A stretch of 49,212 bases of DNA from a virus. Its lineage: Duplodnaviria > Caudoviricetes. Below are positions 37,511 through 45,513 of this stretch, piece by piece; position 1 is the first letter of the stretch, and every line of letters starts with the position of its first letter. The notes beneath the pieces were generated by a model. That model saw nothing but the letters and a program-made list of their open reading frames with translations. It had not been told where the DNA came from and did not search any database. The position numbers and the translations under genes are program-made. The DNA lies in the IMG/VR virus record IMGVR_UViG_3300020045_004404, positions 1 through 49,212 of that record; one strand, given 5' to 3'.

Positions 37511-37660
37511 ATGAGACTTCCAAAACACATCATTGTTACTCGTAACGGTCACTACATGCTTCATTTTACATCAGGCGACCCTAAACGCCTTACCCTTGCT
37601 CAGTTCATCGCTGAAGTACGTAAGGATGAATGGCTACCTGTATATAAAGAGGTGGCATAA
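37511..37660 (+). CDS. Small hypothetical protein, 49 aa (not in ORF track)
   Basis: AAGGAG RBS; MRLPKHIIVT...KEVA; TAATG coupling to the next gene. Confidence 0.7.
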   Translation: MRLPKHIIVTRNGHYMLHFTSGDPKRLTLAQFIAEVRKDEWLPVYKEVA

Positions 37661-37878
37661 TGAAAACATTACTCATCTTAGCCTTTTGCCTTTATGCCTT
37701 ACCATCGAAAGCGGTAGTCATTGATACCGTTGTTTGCCTAGACCATGTTAAACGTGAAGCCACAGTACACCGTAATGTGAGCGTGCATCCTGATACTGCC
37801 AGCCTTCCATTCGAAGAGGCGAACGAAATAGTATGTAAACGAATTAAACGATCTAAACGTAATAAGAGAGGGAAATAG
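37660..37878 (+). CDS. Small exported/membrane protein
   Basis: Signal peptide-like MKTLLILAFCLYALPSKA. Confidence 0.65.
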   Translation: MKTLLILAFCLYALPSKAVVIDTVVCLDHVKREATVHRNVSVHPDTASLPFEEANEIVCKRIKRSKRNKRGK

Positions 37879-37879
37879 T

Positions 37880-38362
37880 ATGTCTACTATTAAAAAGATC
37901 AAAGTAACAGAGCATACAGACGGTGGGCATGGATGGCTTGCGGTTAAAAGAAGCCTACTGGTAGAGGTAGACGCGCTTAGATTTATCTCAGCATGTAGTT
38001 ACCAGAAAGGCGGCACAGTTTACTTAGAGGAAGATTGTGACGCTGGAATATTCTACAAGTTATTCTTCGCGAGTAAGGGACTTGATTATACCTCAAACGT
38101 GCAAGCACAGGAGTACTTCGACATTAGCAGGTCATACAAGGATAGAAGCCCAGTGAGATCATTTGCACCTTTTAACCCTCATACTATTCTAGCTAAGGAC
38201 GTTTTAGTAGGTAACTACATTAAAGTGGATTCAACCCACTATTTCGTAGAGAAGCCCTTCGACGGTAAGCAGATCATTATTAAAACATCTATGGGCCAGC
38301 GTTTTAGACTTGCAGGGCAAAACCTAGACCGTATCCAACTAGCAACACTTGGGGGTAATTAG
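37880..38362 (+). CDS. Hypothetical protein with D.GHGWL.V and YLEEDCD motifs
   Basis: Motif pair recurrent in phage early proteins; GAGGG RBS. Confidence 0.75.
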   Translation: MSTIKKIKVTEHTDGGHGWLAVKRSLLVEVDALRFISACSYQKGGTVYLEEDCDAGIFYKLFFASKGLDYTSNVQAQEYFDISRSYKDRSPVRSFAPFNPHTILAKDVLVGNYIKVDSTHYFVEKPFDGKQIIIKTSMGQRFRLAGQNLDRIQLATLGGN

Positions 38363-38363
38363 T

Positions 38364-38570
38364 ATGAAAGATCAATTTAGAATGGTAGCAAGTTGCCCAA
38401 ACAAACGCCTGTATATAGTTGACATGATTGCTAAGGCATTTTACGGAAATACTCCCGATGCTAAGTATAACCTTGCTACTGGCGAAGTCAGTATGTGGGG
38501 TAAGGTTAAACCTGATTGGCGCGTAGTGGTTAAAGGTACGCGAGTTAGACTTGAATTTAAAACGGAGTAA
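38364..38570 (+). CDS. Hypothetical protein
   Basis: In-frame ATG (MKDQFR) just after the upstream stop, with GGGGG RBS. Confidence 0.65.
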   Translation: MKDQFRMVASCPNKRLYIVDMIAKAFYGNTPDAKYNLATGEVSMWGKVKPDWRVVVKGTRVRLEFKTE

Positions 38571-38573
38571 TGT

Positions 38574-38735
38574 ATGACTACTTATAACCCTATGTTCTTA
38601 TCGTGGTGTAAAAGCTACGAGCAAGAAGTGCAGGAGATTAGAGAATTAATTGAAGATAACCCAGCAGACGTAAAACAACTTAAACAAGAGTATCACCAAT
38701 TAACAGGTAAACAATACCGCAAAGGAACAAAATGA
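38574..38735 (+). CDS. Small hypothetical protein, 53 aa (not in ORF track)
   Basis: GGAG RBS; fills the gap; ATGA coupling at 38732. Confidence 0.65.
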   Translation: MTTYNPMFLSWCKSYEQEVQEIRELIEDNPADVKQLKQEYHQLTGKQYRKGTK

Positions 38736-39352
38736 AAGAGAAACTTAACCCTAATCCAAACGCAGACAAGCTTATCGCAGCCCTTAAATTATTAGGTATT
38801 AAAGCGGATAGACCGTATGATCACGGCGTAAGCGCCCAACTATCACCAAACCAAGAGCTTTGGGCACGCGTTGGCGACTACGACCTGAAAAGCGGCAAGT
38901 ACTCTATTACCTGCTCATCCAATGCGAAACTGTTTAGAGAGATCAGCATTTCACAGTATCAAAATATTACTATTGGAGTAGCTACTACGAAAACAGTTGA
39001 GCAAATAGCTCAGGATATTGAAAAGCGCATACTAAAGACTGAGCAGTTTTCACTTAATAACTTATACCTGATTAAGCGTATGGTAGAGGACGCTGAGTAT
39101 CACCGTGACCTGAGCAACAACATTCAATTCTTTGCTGATAACTCAGGACTGATATTTAAAACTAATGATAATGGCGAAGTCTCTAATACTGCCAGCGAGT
39201 GGAAAAACACTAAGCAAGGTTACTTATCAATCAAAGCAGAAGTTTCGAGTAACATTGACTACTGCGAAATGACTATTAGAGGGTTAACCCAGAATCAATG
39301 GGTACAAGTTTTAAAAGTGATTAAACCACTTATCGAAGCTGAGGAGTTTTAA
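38732..39352 (+). CDS. Hypothetical protein, 206 aa
   Basis: AAGGA RBS; long ORF. Confidence 0.8.
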   Translation: MKEKLNPNPNADKLIAALKLLGIKADRPYDHGVSAQLSPNQELWARVGDYDLKSGKYSITCSSNAKLFREISISQYQNITIGVATTKTVEQIAQDIEKRILKTEQFSLNNLYLIKRMVEDAEYHRDLSNNIQFFADNSGLIFKTNDNGEVSNTASEWKNTKQGYLSIKAEVSSNIDYCEMTIRGLTQNQWVQVLKVIKPLIEAEEF

Positions 39353-39544
39353 ATGAGCAAACCACAAGTAACTGTTGAGCAGCTTAATACCTTAGCAGAA
39401 GAGTTCTTTTTAGTGTACTTCAACGACTACTTATCTATTGAGAAAATGGCAGAAGATTACGGCATTAGTGACGAGCTTGCTTATGAACTACTGGCACACG
39501 GTAAGAAACTCAACCGTGCGCGACCAACTAAGGATGAAACATGA
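39353..39544 (+). CDS. Small HTH-like protein
   Basis: YFNDYLSIEKMAEDYGISDELA pattern; GAGGAG RBS. Confidence 0.7.
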   Translation: MSKPQVTVEQLNTLAEEFFLVYFNDYLSIEKMAEDYGISDELAYELLAHGKKLNRARPTKDET

Positions 39545-39762
39545 AAACTAAATACTTGACTAAATTACAATTAAAAGAGCGAGTCGAGTACCGCTTTATT
39601 ACATCGGAGGATAAACCTTCTGAGCTAGTGCTATGGTGGGAATGGTATGCTACTCCAGCACCTACGAGAGGCAATGTTAAAGTATGGAAGGTGCGCTTAG
39701 ATAGCGGTGTAATTGAAACCTTACCTAACATTGTACCTAAGTTATTTGTGGAGGTGGTATGA
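39541..39762 (+). CDS. Hypothetical protein
   Basis: ATGA-coupled chain. Confidence 0.65.
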   Translation: MKTKYLTKLQLKERVEYRFITSEDKPSELVLWWEWYATPAPTRGNVKVWKVRLDSGVIETLPNIVPKLFVEVV

Positions 39763-39935
39763 TTGAATCAATCCAAATAGTACTTAGCTACATTATTGAA
39801 CATGAAGAACAGGATTTTAAAGAAAACCCTTCGCCTGATCACGTTTACTATCATGCCTTAAGAGCTATGTACGGTGGTGTGAGAGCTAATCAAGCGTACC
39901 ACTCAGCGTGCTCAGTAATTCTAAGGAGGTCTTAG
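39759..39935 (+). CDS. Small hypothetical protein, 58 aa (not in ORF track)
   Basis: GGAGG RBS, ATGA overlap, fills the gap. Confidence 0.65.
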   Translation: MIESIQIVLSYIIEHEEQDFKENPSPDHVYYHALRAMYGGVRANQAYHSACSVILRRS

Positions 39936-40133
39936 GTGAAGAACTTCGTAATAACGGTCATTCAATTAGTCCCAAATGTAGAACTAGACTTAGACGACTA
40001 TATGGAGCGCCCAGATGGTCAGTATGAGTACGAGGCAAAGTGTGAATATAAGGCACTAGATAAATTTCACATGACTATACCTATAGCGTGCTTAGATCAC
40101 TATGAGATTACTTGTACCGAGGTGAGAAGATGA
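39936..40133 (+). CDS. Acidic hypothetical protein
   Basis: AAGGAGG RBS with GTG start. Confidence 0.7.
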   Translation: MKNFVITVIQLVPNVELDLDDYMERPDGQYEYEAKCEYKALDKFHMTIPIACLDHYEITCTEVRR

Positions 40134-40396
40134 AAAGTAAAAAGTTTAAAGTCCCCGATGTACTATACCGCTTTGGGTACCAAGGTCACCTTCACCAGTA
40201 CACTGTCATCGAAGGAGTGACCCAAGTGACCTTAATAGGTAAGAACATGTATAGAGCGCAAGGGTCAAACCACAGAAACTTCTTTACAGGATACGCCACG
40301 AAGGAAGAGGCGAAATCTGAGGTACTAAAAGCATTAGCAGTTAGAGGGCAAGACCTCTTAAACAGAATTAAAATTGTGCTGGAGACTAAGGTATGA
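40130..40396 (+). CDS. Hypothetical protein
   Basis: In-frame ATG (MKSKKF) overlaps the upstream stop; GAGGTG RBS. Confidence 0.65.
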   Translation: MKSKKFKVPDVLYRFGYQGHLHQYTVIEGVTQVTLIGKNMYRAQGSNHRNFFTGYATKEEAKSEVLKALAVRGQDLLNRIKIVLETKV

Positions 40397-40647
40397 AACG
40401 CTACCTAGTTATCTTAGAGAAGAACCGTTCAACGCCTGTACAGCTAGCAGCAGATTGCGAGTTCCATGAGACTGACTGTCCTAATCTTGCTCGCAAGCTG
40501 TTACGTGCCAATAGGCATAATGGTGTGATTATCCCAAGTCAGTATCTTGGCAAAACGTTAGAAGAGATGATTGAATTTCGCCACAAGTATGGCCAGACCA
40601 CTCAGCATACAGTGCATATCAAGCGCGCTGGAAGGAATAGAGGATGA
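40393..40647 (+). CDS. Hypothetical protein
   Basis: ATGA-coupled chain. Confidence 0.65.
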   Translation: MKRYLVILEKNRSTPVQLAADCEFHETDCPNLARKLLRANRHNGVIIPSQYLGKTLEEMIEFRHKYGQTTQHTVHIKRAGRNRG

Positions 40648-41027
40648 TAAAGAATTTTAAGCATCTCAAGTGCGCACACGTAATGCCAGTACTCGGATGC
40701 GCTGTGTGCATTTGTACTAGAGAGCGTATAATGAAAAAGACACATTATTATGGTAAAGTTCACCCGCAATCAATTCGCGAACAGGAAGGTGAGGCGTGGC
40801 TTAAGTCGCATTCTACTCCACACCCTGAAATGGTGAGTAAGTACACATATGCGTATGTAATGGAACGCAAGGTAGGTGCCAGTGAAGCCCTTGGTGCGCC
40901 TTATAAATCCTCACTAACCTTCGAGCAAGCGGTAACAGTCGAGCACCGTAAAGCAGTGTCCAAGCTAGTGTTTAAGTATCTGGCGGTATTAATAATGGGC
41001 TTTTTAGCCTACTTAGCAGTGAGGTAA
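40644..41027 (+). CDS. Hypothetical protein with C-terminal TM helix
   Basis: LVFKYLAVLIMGFLAYLAV; the start could be further downstream. Confidence 0.6.
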   Translation: MIKNFKHLKCAHVMPVLGCAVCICTRERIMKKTHYYGKVHPQSIREQEGEAWLKSHSTPHPEMVSKYTYAYVMERKVGASEALGAPYKSSLTFEQAVTVEHRKAVSKLVFKYLAVLIMGFLAYLAVR

Positions 41028-41030
41028 AAT

Positions 41031-41474
41031 ATGAAAAAGAGATCTATCGAAGTTTACGTAAGGCATTACACTGATAAAATACTTGATAAGCACGGTCAGG
41101 ATACCATTATATCACCTAACCGCTACGACAAGCGAGTGAGTCAAGGGCAATCTAGTGTAGGGGTTTACGTTAGGGCAATACTTACTTACGAAGTGCCAGA
41201 GAAGATCATTACCATTACGGAGACTCAGTTTAAAGAATACCTAGCTAAGGCTAAGGTAGTACCTGATGCCTATGTGAAGTGTGACACTATTGACGCTGAT
41301 GAGTTCATTGAGATGGTCATGCAGCACGCTAAGTTTGAAGCGCCAACTGAGCAGGAAAAGTACCCGAACGGTAAGCATCCATGCCCTGAGTGTCAGGATA
41401 ACCCTAGCTACATAGCAATGTACAATTGGGATGAGGGCGGAGCTAAGTGTAAATCATGCGGAGGTGCTAAGTGA
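41031..41474 (+). CDS. Hypothetical protein with C-terminal zinc finger
   Basis: CPEC...CKSC; GAGG RBS. Confidence 0.7.
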   Translation: MKKRSIEVYVRHYTDKILDKHGQDTIISPNRYDKRVSQGQSSVGVYVRAILTYEVPEKIITITETQFKEYLAKAKVVPDAYVKCDTIDADEFIEMVMQHAKFEAPTEQEKYPNGKHPCPECQDNPSYIAMYNWDEGGAKCKSCGGAK

Positions 41475-41698
41475 ATAAAACATTCTTTTACACTTATACC
41501 AGAATGTTCATTACCCGAGACGGTAGACTGGTAGTTGGAGTACGTGACACGTATAGGAATGGTAAGTACTTGTACTCTCAGCTTTCAAAAGAATCTGCTC
41601 CTACGTGGGACAGGCACCACAGGTTAGCTCAGCTAAAAATACCCCTTATCCCTTACTTTGAAACCATGACTATATTTGAGTCAATAGGTGAAATATGA
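41471..41698 (+). CDS. Hypothetical protein
   Basis: GGAGG RBS and GTGA overlap. Confidence 0.65.
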   Translation: MNKTFFYTYTRMFITRDGRLVVGVRDTYRNGKYLYSQLSKESAPTWDRHHRLAQLKIPLIPYFETMTIFESIGEI

Positions 41699-41916
41699 AA
41701 CCTCACCGACAAGAACGATACCAGCACCTAAAGACCCTAGAGTATGAGCATTTCACCTTTATCGGTAATCACACATACCAGCGTGCAGACGGTGAGGTGG
41801 TAAGTGTTAGGCAGCTACTTCGAGATTACAAGTTTATTTCAACCTATCACATGGGCCCACAGAATCAGAAGTGGGAATTTAACCCAGTTAACGGTTTTAG
41901 AGTAAAGGTAAGTTAG
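41695..41916 (+). CDS. Hypothetical protein
   Basis: ATGA-coupled. Confidence 0.65.
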   Translation: MKPHRQERYQHLKTLEYEHFTFIGNHTYQRADGEVVSVRQLLRDYKFISTYHMGPQNQKWEFNPVNGFRVKVS

Positions 41917-41946
41917 TTGACTAAACAAATTTATCCAGTCTACAGT
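41917..41946 (+). promoter_or_regulatory. Promoter TTGACT-N18-TACAGT
   Basis: Intergenic, upstream of the 41986/42210 gene pair. Confidence 0.6.
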
Positions 41947-41985
41947 TTAAGGGTACACTGAAGTACTAGGCTAGGGAGAAGCAGC

Positions 41986-42213
41986 ATGAAGCAAGCAAAT
42001 TTCGGCAAGGTGGAGTTTTATCGGGTAGCCATTAATACGGTCACTAGCCTGATAGAAGAGCGTACAGGGCGCAAAATGCACGCTATAAACCCTACTATAG
42101 AAGCCAAGGTAGAAACCGCTATCGAGTACGGCAATGTTAAAGAGTTAAAAGAGCTTCATTTAAAGCTAAGTGAAATGTACGACACGTTAAAGAAAAAGGC
42201 ACTGACAGCATGA
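41986..42213 (+). CDS. Hypothetical helical protein
   Basis: GGGAG RBS. Confidence 0.7.
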   Translation: MKQANFGKVEFYRVAINTVTSLIEERTGRKMHAINPTIEAKVETAIEYGNVKELKELHLKLSEMYDTLKKKALTA

Positions 42214-42512
42214 ATCCTAAACAAAAATTCAAACGTATGGCAGCATTCATAAAGTCGTACCGCTTAGGCATGGGGCTAAGCCAAGTAGCATTTGCTAAGG
42301 CAGTAGGCTTAGGAGATGTACAGTACGTTTCCAACATCGAAAGAGGTATGTGCGGATTACCGTCTAAGCAGATACACAATGTATCTAAGGCACTTGGAGT
42401 ACCCCATGCCATAATCATCGACATTATGGTACTAGACCACGCAGAGTATCTTGCTGGAATTGTTGCTAACTCCATCGTACTTGACAGAACAACTACCGAA
42501 CCCGTAGCATAA
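42210..42512 (+). CDS. XRE-family helix-turn-helix regulator
   Basis: R...GLSQVAFAKAVG....QYVSNIERG...P....VSKALGV. Confidence 0.9.
   Translation: MNPKQKFKRMAAFIKSYRLGMGLSQVAFAKAVGLGDVQYVSNIERGMCGLPSKQIHNVSKALGVPHAIIIDIMVLDHAEYLAGIVANSIVLDRTTTEPVA
42481..42510 (+). promoter_or_regulatory. Promoter TTGACA-N18-TAGCAT
   Basis: Lies at the 3' end of the XRE gene, upstream of the 42539 gene. Confidence 0.55.
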
Positions 42513-42538
42513 TTATATTCAATTTTAGCGGAGGCAAA

Positions 42539-42745
42539 ATGAAAATCTCGTTCTTACTATTCACCTTTACCATTTTAATCTTTGCGTGCGGTAAACCTAA
42601 AAATACCTCAGGTCTAAACTACCCCCACTGCTTACGCAGAGACTTCGAAATAACCAATTGCAGGCGTATGTACGTTAGTAGTTATGGGCAGCCTTACACC
42701 AATGATATGTGTCACCGTTACGGTCAAACAGTAGCGTGTAACTAA
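42539..42745 (+). CDS. Small Cys-rich lipoprotein (possible superinfection exclusion)
   Basis: Lipobox ILIFAC after a hydrophobic signal; four further Cys; GGAGG RBS. The function is inferred. Confidence 0.7.
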   Translation: MKISFLLFTFTILIFACGKPKNTSGLNYPHCLRRDFEITNCRRMYVSSYGQPYTNDMCHRYGQTVACN

Positions 42746-42746
42746 T

Positions 42747-42992
42747 ATGAAAGGTACACCTATTGCTCACCAATGCGCATTCTGTAATGAACAAGGTTTC
42801 GACCTAATGGGCTTAAAACATCATCTACGCATGTACTGCCAAGGTTACGAACTTACCCCCTGTATCGTTATGGACAAGGTTTTAAATGAGAACGTAGTTC
42901 AAATATCTAGTGATAACTGGGTATGGTTAAAAGACGGTACGTGGCAGACAATGACTGTGGAAGATCAGATTGCTTGGACAGGTAGGAACTAA
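42747..42992 (+). CDS. Hypothetical protein with C2HC-like zinc finger
   Basis: CAFC...LKHHL..YC. Confidence 0.65.
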   Translation: MKGTPIAHQCAFCNEQGFDLMGLKHHLRMYCQGYELTPCIVMDKVLNENVVQISSDNWVWLKDGTWQTMTVEDQIAWTGRN

Positions 42993-43156
42993 TGAAAGAA
43001 GTTATTGTGACGGGTATATTTGCCACGCTGTTATTCCTGTATGGACAAGAACAGTACAAGCGTGGCGTGCAGAGTGAGCAGTACGATAGAGAATCAGCTA
43101 ACATAAAGCTGCAAAATTGTAGTGAAGTAATAACCAAGTTTAACCTAGAGCATTAG
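42992..43156 (+). CDS. Small membrane-anchored protein, 54 aa (not in ORF track)
   Basis: TAATG coupling, AGGA RBS, MKEVIVTGIFATLLFLYG. Confidence 0.55.
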   Translation: MKEVIVTGIFATLLFLYGQEQYKRGVQSEQYDRESANIKLQNCSEVITKFNLEH

Positions 43157-43432
43157 TTCCTTTGTAACATGGTCTAGGTAGAACTTACGTAAGAACTGTA
43201 GCTCACTATTGATAGAGGAAGTAGGCTTAGCGGTTAACTCGTGGTGAGCTTTAAGTAGCCCATTACGTCTTTTCCACTTAGTCATGTAACGGTTAACTAC
43301 TTTGTAGGGAACTTTTAACTCAGCAGCTATATCAGAGTAGCGTTGAGTACCAGACAGATAAAGCCGTTCCATTTGTTTAGCAAGTAGCTCGGTAATGATA
43401 AAAGGTTCTTTGGGTTTAGTTTTGGCAAGCAT
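43145..43432 (-). CDS. HTH DNA-binding protein on the opposite strand of the early region
   Basis: RYSDIAAELKVPYKVVNRY HTH; GGAG RBS; own promoter. Confidence 0.75.
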   Translation of the reverse strand: MLAKTKPKEPFIITELLAKQMERLYLSGTQRYSDIAAELKVPYKVVNRYMTKWKRRNGLLKAHHELTAKPTSSINSELQFLRKFYLDHVTKELML

Positions 43433-43483
43433 CGTTTTTCTCCAAGGTTAAAGTTACTTCGGAGATTGCAAAGCTAGGGCCAG

Positions 43484-43513
43484 ATTATATGTAGTTGAAA
43501 TTTAGTTAGTCGA
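43484..43513 (-). promoter_or_regulatory. Promoter TCGACT-N18-TATAAT for the 43432 HTH gene
   Basis: Perfect -10 at 43489-43484. Confidence 0.55.
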
Positions 43514-43554
43514 TCAATAGGCGGGTAAAACTGCCACGTAGTAACGGGGAATAA

Positions 43555-43647
43555 ATGAACTTTGAAGCAGTATTATGGGCTTTATACTTAATATTAATGA
43601 TTGTCGCTTCGGTTATTGTAGCGGCTCACACACCAATAGGGATGTAG
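43555..43647 (+). CDS. 30-aa single-TM peptide (not in ORF track)
   Basis: GGGGA RBS; MNFEAVLWALYLILMIVASVIVAAHTPIGM; ends 1 nt before the next ATG. Confidence 0.55.
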   Translation: MNFEAVLWALYLILMIVASVIVAAHTPIGM

Positions 43648-43648
43648 C

Positions 43649-44089
43649 ATGAAAAGATTTCAGAATAGTACCGTAGGCTTACCAAAGTTAATTGAAGCTA
43701 TCCGTTTAGCTGAGCTTGACCTGCACCCCGATTCAGAGTTAACAGGTAAGGTCTTAGATAAGAACGATTGGAAGTATAACTCTGGTACGGGCAAAAAGGT
43801 TTACCTTCAACTAACAGAGCAACGTCAGTTTGTTAGCGTTTACGTGAAGAAAGGAAACCCTAAGTCTGCGGCTATCGGAGCTTACTCTAAGGGTGTAATC
43901 ACTTTATATGAACACTATGTAGAGCGTGCCACTGTAGATGATCTAAGAGCTTCACTTCGACATGAGTATGCCCACTACGCAGGTTTTGGACATAAATCAG
44001 GCCCATTCGGTTTAACCAGTAACTATAAGACTAAAGATAAATGCCTTTATAGCGTGCCTTACTGGTTATCTGAGTATGGTAGAGTGTAA
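43649..44089 (+). CDS. Zincin-like metallopeptidase
   Basis: LRHEYAHYAGFGH (HEXXHXXGXXH). Confidence 0.8.
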   Translation: MKRFQNSTVGLPKLIEAIRLAELDLHPDSELTGKVLDKNDWKYNSGTGKKVYLQLTEQRQFVSVYVKKGNPKSAAIGAYSKGVITLYEHYVERATVDDLRASLRHEYAHYAGFGHKSGPFGLTSNYKTKDKCLYSVPYWLSEYGRV

Positions 44090-44132
44090 CTGGAAATAAA
44101 CCTTATCGAGCGGAAAAACTAAAGGAGCACCT

Positions 44133-44402
44133 ATGTTAAACAGCAAGCTTACAGGATTAACCGAAAGAGAGATATCCGAGGACAAGATTTTTCTCGGTAC
44201 AGCTCAAGAGAATAACAATCAGGCAGACACCAGTCACATGACTGAAGCTGAGAGCCTCGTGGTTTACATTTTAAGTAACTTTACCTGTGGTCAATACAAT
44301 GGAGAGCTTCGTAATGCCTCGGAAGTTCTTCAAAGTGTCGATTCATGGCTTCAAGATAAGGACAGAGGCGGTTACATGAGAGCAAAGTCCGAGATTAAAT
44401 AA
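44133..44402 (+). CDS. Hypothetical protein
   Basis: AAGGAG RBS. Confidence 0.7.
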   Translation: MLNSKLTGLTEREISEDKIFLGTAQENNNQADTSHMTEAESLVVYILSNFTCGQYNGELRNASEVLQSVDSWLQDKDRGGYMRAKSEIK

Positions 44403-44491
44403 ACAATGGCGAGAAAATAGGGATGAAAGATATGAAGTATCACTCCAAGACTTCATGCCAACGGTTCAATTTTTACGGTTAAGGAATAGTC

Positions 44492-44653
44492 ATGAATAAC
44501 GAATTAACAGACAAAGAAAAATCTCTAATTAGAGCAGCTTTGATTGGCTTACCTCTTTCCATGGTTGCTGCTCAAGCGACACTTGATGATCTTAAAGAAA
44601 TTGATGCCACTCCAGAAGCGATTAAATCAATCATGACAAAGCTGAAGCTGTGA
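44492..44653 (+). CDS. Small hypothetical protein, 53 aa (not in ORF track)
   Basis: AAGGA RBS; GTGA overlap with the next gene. Confidence 0.6.
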   Translation: MNNELTDKEKSLIRAALIGLPLSMVAAQATLDDLKEIDATPEAIKSIMTKLKL

Positions 44654-44850
44654 AAGAGTTTTGGATTAATAAGCACGGCCAGATTGAAGAGACTGAAAGA
44701 AATCCGTGCCGTTGTTGTCCTGATACTTATGACATGAGCAGAACTAGATTTAATAATCCTTCTCGAATTCAGACAGTACATATTGGTCACTATGACAGAC
44801 CGAGATTTTTAAGAATGATGAGAAAGAATGGTTACTCAAAATTAAAGTAA
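44650..44850 (+). CDS. Hypothetical protein
   Basis: GTGA-coupled ORF. Confidence 0.55.
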   Translation: MKEFWINKHGQIEETERNPCRCCPDTYDMSRTRFNNPSRIQTVHIGHYDRPRFLRMMRKNGYSKLK

Positions 44851-44882
44851 TCGAGAAGATAAATTATCAGGAAGTAGCGACT

Positions 44883-45089
44883 ATGACATTGCGAGAACTT
44901 AAAAAGCGTATTGATGAAATTCTTGAGGTTGACCCCACCAAGATTGATGCTGGTGTTTTGGTTGATACCGAGGCAAGAAGATTTAATGCTCACATGATTG
45001 ACGTTGTTAATATCTGGGATCTCGATCATGAATGTGGCATGGGAAATATTGTTTATTTGTCGCTTGATTATTCAGGCACAGATAATTAA
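44883..45089 (+). CDS. Acidic hypothetical protein
   Basis: AGGA RBS; MTLRELK..I-type small phage protein. Confidence 0.65.
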   Translation: MTLRELKKRIDEILEVDPTKIDAGVLVDTEARRFNAHMIDVVNIWDLDHECGMGNIVYLSLDYSGTDN

Positions 45090-45176
45090 CCGCTAACTGA
45101 GTGACTAAATAACGACTTGATCGGGAATTCATTATCATGCTCTTGTCCCGACTAAAGGGAGCATGGTGGGTGTGTG

Positions 45177-45219
45177 GGCGGTAATTGCACCTGATAAAAA
45201 CCGCCATTTTTTTTTTTTT
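45177..45219 (+). terminator. Hairpin/pseudoknot followed by a 13-T run
   Basis: GGCGGT/ACCGCC stem then T13 at 45207-45219. Confidence 0.55.
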
Positions 45220-45238
45220 ACTAACTGATCGAGGGATT

Positions 45239-45475
45239 GTGACTAAAACATTGAGACAGAAAATTGATGATGCCATTGGAAGTATGTCGAATGCTTGCCA
45301 CAACTCACTTGATTGGGATGTTGAGACTTATAGATATATTGAGCCTGTTTTTAAAGAAGCTGAAAAGAAAACTCACCCATGTATGGTCACCTTTGAGCAG
45401 TTACCGAAAGCTCAGCAGCTTAAGGACTTTATCTTCTTAGCAGTGGTTAGAGCGTTTAAGGATGCTGCTAAATGA
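45239..45475 (+). CDS. Hypothetical protein with a partial RyR-repeat-like C-terminus
   Basis: KTHPCMVTFEQLP..QQ.KD.IF is RyR-domain-like; the start is uncertain. Confidence 0.5.
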   Translation: MTKTLRQKIDDAIGSMSNACHNSLDWDVETYRYIEPVFKEAEKKTHPCMVTFEQLPKAQQLKDFIFLAVVRAFKDAAK

Positions 45476-45513
45476 AAAAGCCACATCCTAGAGAGATTAT
45501 CGGGAATAAGAAG

